Positions 57,538 through 64,000 of a DNA stretch of 64,000 nt are shown here, in pieces; position 1 is the stretch's first letter; each line of letters starts with the position of its first letter. The notes under the pieces are model-generated. The model made no database searches and had not been told where the DNA came from. It saw only the letters and a program-made list of their open reading frames with translations. The DNA is from Candidatus Geothermincolia bacterium (lineage in GTDB: Bacteria; Actinomycetota; Geothermincolia; Fen-727; Anoxymicrobiaceae). The stretch is from positions 16,826 to 80,825 of the forward strand of contig JBBQKJ010000007.1 of NCBI GenBank assembly GCA_038326775.1, written 5' to 3'. The position numbers were made by a program, and so were the translations under genes.

Positions 57538-59685
57538 TCATCCTTTGAAAAGCCAGTCGAGCGAGCCGCCGAAGCGGCGGTTTGCCTCCCACCGCAGCAG
57601 GAGGTTGTCGACTTTCGAAAGCGTCGGGTCGTCGTCCACGATTCGAAACGCCTCGGCGCGGGCCTTGCGGACCAGCTCGAGGTTGCGCGACAGGCGGGCG
57701 ACCTTGAGGTCGGGCAGGCCTGACTGGCGCGTGCCGAAAAGCGAGCCCTCGCCCCTGATGTTCAGGTCGGCCTCGGCCAGCTCGAAGCCGTCTTCGTAAC
57801 GGCGTATCGCATCCATGCGGGCCTTCGCCTCGTCTGTCTTCGGGTCGGAGAAGAGCACGCACACCGCGCGTTCGGTGCCCCGCCCTATGCGCCCGCGAAG
57901 CTGGTGGAGCTGCGCCAGCCCGAAGCGGTCGGCGTTCTCGACTATCATGACCGTGGCGTTGGGGACGTCGACACCGACCTCCACGACAACCGTCGAAATA
58001 AGCATGTCTATCTCACCGGCAGTGAAGCGCTCCATGACCTCTCGCTTCTCATGGCTCTTCATCTGCCCGTGCAGGAGCGCCACACTGTGGCCCGGGAACT
58101 CGGCCTCAAGCCGCTTCGCCTCGTCGACCGCGGCGCGCACCTCAAGCTTGTCGGACTCCTCGATGAGCGGGCACACGACGAACACCTGTCTGCCCATGGC
58201 CATCTCCTTGCCGACCATGGCGAACGCGCCCTCGCGCTGGGACTCATCGGCGACGACCGTGACCACACCCTTGCGCCCCGCCGGTATCTCGTCGATGACC
58301 GAGATGTCGAGGTCGCCGAAGAGCGTCATGGAGAGCGTGCGCGGTATGGGGGTCGCGGACATGTGCAGGATGTCGGGGTCGGTGCCCTTCTCCGTGAGTG
58401 TGACCCGCTGGTCCAGGCCGAAGCGGTGCTGCTCATCTATGACCACCAGGCTGAGCCGGTTGAAGCCCATGCCTTCCTGGATGAGGGCGTGGGTGCCGAT
58501 GACAACCTGCAACTCGCCGCCGGCGACCGCCTCGCGCACGTCCACACCCGTCACCGCAGTGACCAGCTCGACTCGGACCGGAAGCCCATCGAGCATCTCC
58601 GAGATACGCCGATAATGCTGGTGGGCGAGCACCTCGGTCGGGGCCATGATAGCGCCCTGGCACCCATTCTCCACCGCCTTGAGAAGTGCGAGCACGGCGA
58701 CCACCGTCTTGCCGGAGCCGACCTCGCCCTGGAGGAGCCGGTTCATCTGCAGGCCTGAGGCCATGTCACCGGATATCTCGGCCCAGGCGTTGCGCTGAGC
58801 GGCGGTGAGTTCGAACGGGAGTGACTCGATGAACCTGGCGGTGAGGTCGGCCGCGGAATCGTGCGCAATGCCTCGCGCCTCTGCCTCGCGGCGCTTCTTG
58901 CGCAGAGCGAGCCCTACCTGCATCATGAATATCTCGTCAAACGCCGCGCGGTGACGAGCTTTCGCCAGCAACTCGGGGCCGGTCGGGAAGTGCGTCTCGC
59001 GCAGCGCCTGCTCGACGGGCATGAGCTCGAAACGCTCGCGGGTCTTCCCGGGCACGGGGTCGGCCATTCCTGAAACCGACTCGAGCGCTCGGCTCACCAG
59101 GCGCCGCAGCGCCGCCGAGGTGACCCCGGCGGTGGCCGGGTAGAGCGGGATTATGCGGCCGGTGTGTATCGCCTCGGCCCGGTCGTCACCCGCCTCTCCC
59201 CCAAGCACGTCGTAAGAAGGGTTGGTCATTTGCAGCACTTTATACTGGTAGGCGATCTTGCCGCTGAAGGCGACCTCCGCCCCATTGCTAAGGCGCTCCT
59301 TGTGGTACTCCTGGTTGAACCACACGCCGGAGAGGTAGCCGGTGCCGTCAAAGATGGTGACGGTCAGGATGTTCTTGCGGTTGCGAGTGCGGCGGCTTTC
59401 GACCTTGCAGACCCGCCCGATGACAGTGGTCTCCTCGCCGGTCTTGACGCTGCCGATGGTTGTCACGGTAGAGCGGTCGAGGTAGCGGCGCGGGAAGTGG
59501 TAGAGAAGGCCCGCCACCGTGGTTATGCCCAGCGGGGCGAGCCTGCGGGTCATCGCCGGCCCCACCCCGGTGAGGGTGGTGACAGGGGACGCCAGCCGGC
59601 TGAGCGCCTCGACCCGGGGCGGCACGTCGCGCCTTGCGGCCGGTTCGTTCTTTCGCTCCTCCTGTCTCGGCTTGTCCCCTGGCAT
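57538..59685 (-). CDS. recG: ATP-dependent DNA helicase RecG
   Basis: Wedge domain. SF2 helicase motifs (GEVGSGKT, DEQHRFG, ...). Typical RecG length of 715 aa. Confidence 0.95.
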   Translation of the reverse strand: MPGDKPRQEERKNEPAARRDVPPRVEALSRLASPVTTLTGVGPAMTRRLAPLGITTVAGLLYHFPRRYLDRSTVTTIGSVKTGEETTVIGRVCKVESRRTRNRKNILTVTIFDGTGYLSGVWFNQEYHKERLSNGAEVAFSGKIAYQYKVLQMTNPSYDVLGGEAGDDRAEAIHTGRIIPLYPATAGVTSAALRRLVSRALESVSGMADPVPGKTRERFELMPVEQALRETHFPTGPELLAKARHRAAFDEIFMMQVGLALRKKRREAEARGIAHDSAADLTARFIESLPFELTAAQRNAWAEISGDMASGLQMNRLLQGEVGSGKTVVAVLALLKAVENGCQGAIMAPTEVLAHQHYRRISEMLDGLPVRVELVTAVTGVDVREAVAGGELQVVIGTHALIQEGMGFNRLSLVVIDEQHRFGLDQRVTLTEKGTDPDILHMSATPIPRTLSMTLFGDLDISVIDEIPAGRKGVVTVVADESQREGAFAMVGKEMAMGRQVFVVCPLIEESDKLEVRAAVDEAKRLEAEFPGHSVALLHGQMKSHEKREVMERFTAGEIDMLISTVVVEVGVDVPNATVMIVENADRFGLAQLHQLRGRIGRGTERAVCVLFSDPKTDEAKARMDAIRRYEDGFELAEADLNIRGEGSLFGTRQSGLPDLKVARLSRNLELVRKARAEAFRIVDDDPTLSKVDNLLLRWEANRRFGGSLDWLFKG

Positions 59686-59787
59686 GTGTTAGATGGACCC
59701 TCCATGTTGTGCTGCCTATATAATACATGGAGAGTATGACGCGGAACCGACACTCTCTTCAGAGCCCGCCTGCGACCAGGAGGAGAC

Positions 59788-62214
59788 ATGACATCAGTTT
59801 CCAGACCCCGGGCCCTCACGGGATGGTTCAAGTCGAAGATAACCGGCGCGGTCGTGAGCAAGCTGGTCAGGAAGTTCGGCATCCCCAAAAGCGCGGTGCG
59901 CAACCTGCGTTCGTGGGGCAAACTCTCCCAGGAGGGCGGGGGCGGCTTTCCCACCGAGCTGTTGCCTCTTGGGGCCAACATGTGGTCCGGGTTCGTCCTG
60001 ACCACCTTCGCCAGGCAGCTCATGGGTGGGTGGGTGCTTCCATACTGGCTGCGGCGGCAGGGCTCACCGGCGTCACCCGCGTTCGTGCCCCACGGTCACG
60101 CCTGGCTGACCCAGAACCTTACCGGGCGCAACTGGACAGGCATAGGCATCTGCGGCTTCCCTAACGAGGCTATCGTGGACCCAAGGGGCCTCGTCACGCC
60201 GTGGCCGTTCGCGCCCTCGATCGACGTCTGGATGAAGGTCGGCGATGAGCTCCATTGCCCTTCAGAGCGAGACGAAGTCGAGCAGGCGCTCCTCGAAGGC
60301 TTTCCCATCGTGCGGACCTCCTTCGAGGCCGGCGGACTGGAGTGCGCCCTCATCACCTTCGTCGCGCCGTTGGATGGGATGCCGGTGGTGCTCGGCACCG
60401 CCGAGGTGACAGGCGCGCCCCGAGGGGCGCTGCCCGTTTCGCTGGTCGTATCCGTGCGCCCGTACAACCCGGAGACGATCTGCGCCGTGAACGAGCTGGC
60501 TTACGACCCTGTCTCGCATACTTTCACCGCCGATGGAGGCACACTGCTCTATCTCCCCGCGAAGCCGGACGAGGTCATATTCTCCGACCTGGCCCACGGC
60601 GACGTGGCGATGCTCCTGAGCGACCCCGGGCGCAAGAGGCTGCCGGGGGGCTCACTTGAAGTGCAAGAGCCGACCGGGCTCGCCAGCGCGGCCGCCGTCT
60701 ACACCGTGGACCTCTCCGGAGGTGGGAGCGAATCCGTCTGCTTCGCATGCCCGCTATCGGCGGGCGTGCATCCCGACTTTCTGAGTATGCTTCCTGAGCG
60801 CGGGTCCCTCGCGATAGCAGAGAAAAAGCTTGCCGGGCAGCTTGAGAGCTGGTCGGAGGTCGCCTCCCTCGGGATGCGCGTGAGCGTGCCCGATGAAGCG
60901 CTCCAGCAGGCGTTCGACGCCAACAAGGCGTTCCTGCTGCTCCTCTTCGACGGGCAAGCCATAACGCCGGGGCCGTCCACCTATCACATGATGTGGTTCC
61001 GCGATGCGGCATACCTCGTGCCCGCTCTCACCCGCATAGGTCACGCCCAGAAGGCGCGCGACGTTCTTTCCACCTATCCGGACCGCCAGGCCGAGGATGG
61101 GTTCTTCCGCTCGCACGACGCGGAGTGGGACTCCAACGGTCAGGCGATATGGACGCTCGTTGACCATTATCTTATGACCGGAGACGAAGAGTTCCTGCGC
61201 GGGGTATATCCATCCATCATCAAGGGAGCGCGCTGGATAGATGATAAGAGGCAGGCAGGCCTGCCGGCGGGCGACCCGCGGCGAGGCCTCCTTCCGGCCG
61301 GCGTAAGCGCGGAGCACTTCGGCGCAAACGACGTCTACTACTGGGACGACCTATGGGCGGTGGCGGGCCTGAGGGCGGCCGCGGGCGCCGCGCGCGACCT
61401 CGGCCTCGAATCGGATGCGCGGTTCATGGACAGGGTGGCGCGTGAGTTATGGGCCAGCCTCGAGGCGTCGTGGCGCTGGGTCGAGGGCAGGCTGGGGCGC
61501 CGCGTGATACCGAGCGCGCCGGGGCGCGACATCGACGCTGGGAGCATCGGCTCGGTCGCCGCGGTGCACCCTCTCGGCCTGATCGGGGCGGGCGAGGAGA
61601 TCATGCTCAATACCGTGGACACGATCGTCGAGAGGTGCTTCTACCGCGATATGCATTTCCACGCCATCATGCACCAGGGGCTGAACGCCTACATGTCGCT
61701 CGAGGTCGCGCAGTGCTACCTGCGCCGGCGAGACCCCTACGCGCTCAAGATATTCGACTCGCTCTGGTCGATGGCAAGCCCGACGTTCACTTATCCTGAA
61801 GCAATAAACCCGGTCAGCGGCGGAGGCGCGTACGGCGACGGGCACCACGGCTGGGCGGTGGCGGAGTTCATCAACTTCACGCGCAACCTGCTGCTGTTCG
61901 AGGAGGGCGACAGGCTTGTGCTGCTGCCGGTCGCACGATTGGAATGGCTCGAGCCCGGCAAGCGCATCGAGGTCGAGGGGGCGCCGACGTTGTTCGGGGA
62001 GTTCTCCTACACGGTCGATTGCGAAGCTGATGCGATAACCTTCGACCTGCGGGGCGACCTGGCGCGGCCGCCCTCCGCCATCGAGCTGAACGTCCCCTTC
62101 GCCATCACATCGTGCGAGGTCGACGGCGAGACGGTCGAGGTCGGGGAAGGAGCCATGTCCGTTGACATCCGGCCCTCGGCGGGGAAAGTGCGCCTCTTTA
62201 TCATGCGCGGGTGA
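59788..62214 (+). CDS. Large glycoside-hydrolase-like protein, six-hairpin (alpha/alpha)6 barrel type (glucoamylase/trehalase GH15-like), N-terminal beta-sandwich
   Basis: 808 aa. The central and C-terminal region has (alpha/alpha)6-barrel-like blocks (MMWFRDAAY, YYWDDLWAV, GGAYGDGHHGWAVAEF). The family assignment is tentative. Confidence 0.55.
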   Translation: MTSVSRPRALTGWFKSKITGAVVSKLVRKFGIPKSAVRNLRSWGKLSQEGGGGFPTELLPLGANMWSGFVLTTFARQLMGGWVLPYWLRRQGSPASPAFVPHGHAWLTQNLTGRNWTGIGICGFPNEAIVDPRGLVTPWPFAPSIDVWMKVGDELHCPSERDEVEQALLEGFPIVRTSFEAGGLECALITFVAPLDGMPVVLGTAEVTGAPRGALPVSLVVSVRPYNPETICAVNELAYDPVSHTFTADGGTLLYLPAKPDEVIFSDLAHGDVAMLLSDPGRKRLPGGSLEVQEPTGLASAAAVYTVDLSGGGSESVCFACPLSAGVHPDFLSMLPERGSLAIAEKKLAGQLESWSEVASLGMRVSVPDEALQQAFDANKAFLLLLFDGQAITPGPSTYHMMWFRDAAYLVPALTRIGHAQKARDVLSTYPDRQAEDGFFRSHDAEWDSNGQAIWTLVDHYLMTGDEEFLRGVYPSIIKGARWIDDKRQAGLPAGDPRRGLLPAGVSAEHFGANDVYYWDDLWAVAGLRAAAGAARDLGLESDARFMDRVARELWASLEASWRWVEGRLGRRVIPSAPGRDIDAGSIGSVAAVHPLGLIGAGEEIMLNTVDTIVERCFYRDMHFHAIMHQGLNAYMSLEVAQCYLRRRDPYALKIFDSLWSMASPTFTYPEAINPVSGGGAYGDGHHGWAVAEFINFTRNLLLFEEGDRLVLLPVARLEWLEPGKRIEVEGAPTLFGEFSYTVDCEADAITFDLRGDLARPPSAIELNVPFAITSCEVDGETVEVGEGAMSVDIRPSAGKVRLFIMRG

Positions 62215-63054
62215 GCCCCCCTCACACCTCTCACGCGCGGGTGAGCCACCCTGTCCCCGCGAATTCCCGCGCCTCGTTCAACATGAAGGATGACATCGGA
62301 CAGAAGGACGCTTCCATCAAAGTGTTCAGCGACGTGCCGGTCATCCCTGAGCGCGCCATGTACAAGGACTCTCGCCGCGAGGGGCACGACTCCATCGGCA
62401 CCACCAGCCCGGCCTCGGACTTCTACCTGGCGGAAGGGACCACCACCTGGGGCTTTACGACCTACGTGCTGGTTCAGAATCCCGGCAACGAGACCAACGA
62501 CGTCACGATGACGTACATGACCGGTTCCGGAGCGAAAGCGCAGGCGCCGTTCACTATGGGACCGAACTCGCGCAAGACCATAAGGGTGAACGACGTGTCC
62601 GGCATGGGCAACACGGACTTCTCGACCAGGGTACACGGCTCCAAACCTGTCATTGCCGAGAGAGCCATGTACTGGGGATCGGGCACAACGCTCGGTGAAG
62701 CGTGCCACGACTCCATCGGAATGGCATCGCCGCACATGACCTTCTATCTTCCCGACGGCCAGGCCGACGCCGATACCGAGACCTGGACGCTCGTCCAGAA
62801 CCCCAACAGCAGCCCCGTTACGGTGGACATCACGTACCATGACCCCGTCGGGGACAGGGAACATCACCAGGACTGAGACCATCGGAGCCAACTCGCGGGT
62901 CACCTTCGGGATGCAGCAGCACTCCAACCTTGAGGGGCGCGCATCGATCCTGGTGAAGAGCAGGACCGCCGGCAAGAAGATAATGGTAGAACGCTCCATG
63001 TACTGGAGCGGCAAGGGCGCGGGTACCGACACGATCGGCGGGTATTCGGACTAG
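62211..63054 (+). CDS. Tandem-repeat protein (about 2.3 copies of a 110-aa unit) interrupted by a +1 frameshift near 62845-62850
   Basis: ORF 62211-62876 and ORF 62839-63054 carry the same repeat unit (PVI[AP]ERAMY...HDSIG...FYL.[ED]G...TW.LVQNP...T..TY-M-T.SG...). Removing one C in taccatgacc restores ...ITYMTPSGTG..., parallel to ...MTYMTGSGAK in repeat 1. The start (GTG at 62211) overlaps the upstream hydrolase stop. Confidence 0.45.
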
Positions 63055-63055
63055 C

Positions 63056-63150
63056 GTAACATCGGGGTCCGGTCAAGAAGCTGCGTTTTCCGGCTGGGGT
63101 CATGTCGAACGTCTGCAATGCGGTTTTTTGACCTGACCCCGATGTTGCGT
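63056..63150. repeat. Variant copy of the palindromic element family (arms gtaacatcggggtccggtcaag / cttgacctgaccccgatgttgc, 49-nt core)
   Basis: The inverted arms match at about 20 of 22 positions around the conserved ATCGGGGTC/GACCCCGAT core. It begins 2 nt after the TAG stop of the repeat-protein gene. Its right arm forms the -35 and spacer of the rpmB promoter. Confidence 0.6.
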
Positions 63151-63156
63151 TATTAT
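63128..63156 (+). promoter_or_regulatory. Near-consensus sigma-70 promoter for rpmB: TTGACC-N17-TATTAT
   Basis: TTGACC (63128-63133), 17-nt spacer (tgaccccgatgttgcgt), TATTAT (63151-63156). AGGAA SD and the TTG start of rpmB lie about 35 nt downstream. Confidence 0.5.
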
Positions 63157-63189
63157 TCTTGACCGTTGAGCAGTTGGAAAGGAAACAAG

Positions 63190-63378
63190 TTGTCAAATAT
63201 CTGTGACATATGCGGGAAGAAGCCGCAGTTCGGCAATAACGTAAGCCATTCGCACAAGAAGACCAAGCGTCGCTGGACACCTAACGTCCACAAGATGCGC
63301 ATCGTGGTCGAAGGCAGCCAGCGCACCGCGCGCGTCTGCTCGAAGTGCATGAAGGCGGGCAAGGTCCAGAAGGCCTGA
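63190..63378 (+). CDS. rpmB: 50S ribosomal protein L28 (Cys-containing, zinc-binding form)
   Basis: Read from the TTG start, the translation is (M)SNICDICGKKPQFGNNVSHSHKKTKRRWTPNVHKMRIVVEGSQRTARVCSKCMKAGKVQKA, which matches L28. AGGAA SD. The four Cys point to the C+ form. Confidence 0.85.
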   Translation: MSNICDICGKKPQFGNNVSHSHKKTKRRWTPNVHKMRIVVEGSQRTARVCSKCMKAGKVQKA

Positions 63379-63379
63379 C

Positions 63380-63937
63380 TCAGCCGGGAAGCACACCCTC
63401 CGAGTACTTCTCGCCGGTCTCGATATCGAGCACCATGAGCTTTCCATCCTCGTAGAGCCCAACGGTGGGCGCCTCACCCTCCTGCTTGGGCAGGGCGCAG
63501 CTCCCGGCGTTGAAGAGGACCACGCCGTCGACCACCTCGATCTTCGGGATGTGGACGTGCCCCTGGTGGAGGATGTCGGCCCTGGCCTTTCGCGCCATGT
63601 TGAGGAGCTCGTCCTGTGGATACTTGTGTCCGTGCGTAACCAGTATGCGTATGCCCTCAACGCTCGCGAACGCGAAGTCGGAGAGGATATGCGCGTCAAG
63701 CGCGAGCTGGTCCACCTCCGAGTCGCAGTTGCCCCGCGCGTGCATCCTGGGTATGTCGGACTGGTTCATGAGACCGGCCAGGCGCCTCGGGTCGTATGTC
63801 CCGGTGATAGGGTTGAAGATGCCGTGATAGAGGACGTCGCCCGCATGGCAGATGAGGTCGAGGTCGCCCAGGACCGCGATGGCCTTCTGCCAGGCGGAGG
63901 GATCACCGTGAGTGTCGCTTATGAAGCCTATCCTCAT
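63380..63937 (-). CDS. YfcE/MJ0936-family metallophosphoesterase
   Basis: MRIGFISDTHGD..., GDVLYHG, GNCD, VTHGHK and QGHVH are the calcineurin-like phosphoesterase motifs. SD gggaggaaag precedes the ATG. Confidence 0.8.
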   Translation of the reverse strand: MRIGFISDTHGDPSAWQKAIAVLGDLDLICHAGDVLYHGIFNPITGTYDPRRLAGLMNQSDIPRMHARGNCDSEVDQLALDAHILSDFAFASVEGIRILVTHGHKYPQDELLNMARKARADILHQGHVHIPKIEVVDGVVLFNAGSCALPKQEGEAPTVGLYEDGKLMVLDIETGEKYSEGVLPG

Positions 63938-64000
63938 GCTTTCCTCCCTTCGTCCTGCCGAAGGCGCGCAGTTTGATGGTCGCGAACGGGTTGGCGACCG

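Noticed and set aside
63938-64000. Possible 3' end of a minus-strand gene (RdgB-like by context) running off the right edge
   Set aside because: Only 60 nt are available. The frame-3 translation (VANPFATIKLRAF...) is protein-like but too short to identify.

Overview
The window is a GC-rich (about 65-68% GC) bacterial chromosomal segment, densely coded, with almost every gene on the minus strand. Gene content is conserved housekeeping. Gene order matches the Actinobacteria-type arrangement: rpsB-tsf-pyrH-frr-cdsA-dxr-rseP-ispG-proS; a WhiG/FliA-type sigma factor next to xerC; dprA-comM ... yraN-rnhB-lepB-rplS-trmD-rimM-KH-rpsP-ffh ... ftsY-smc ... rnc ... yceD-rpmF ... coaD/rsmD-recG-rpmB. The left end carries queA-queH-ruvBAC-yebC-pdxST. 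There are no rRNA genes, tRNA genes, CRISPR arrays, transposases or prophage genes. Less ordinary content is listed below. (1) A family of about 94-bp perfect-stem palindromic intergenic elements (MITE/REP-like), in 3 canonical copies plus 1 variant copy and a solo arm. Their terminal TAATAA supplies the stop codon of the upstream gene, and one arm forms the rpmB promoter. (2) An in-frame RsmD-CoaD fusion ORF with an internal SD+TTG start for CoaD. (3) A phosphatidylinositol/PIM-like lipid cluster (CDP-alcohol phosphatidyltransferase, acyltransferase, GT4 glycosyltransferase, inositol monophosphatase nearby) interrupted by a PAP2 phosphatase and a membrane alpha/beta hydrolase. (4) A lineage-specific 4-kb block inserted between comM and yraN: a frameshifted lipoprotein, an N-truncated FabH-like ORF lacking the Cys motif, and a large GT-C-like membrane protein. 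(5) A frameshifted tandem-repeat protein downstream of a glycoside hydrolase. (6) Several overlap and frameshift anomalies. The ORF track evidently shows GTG/TTG starts as M, so true starts were re-placed where motif or RBS evidence allowed.
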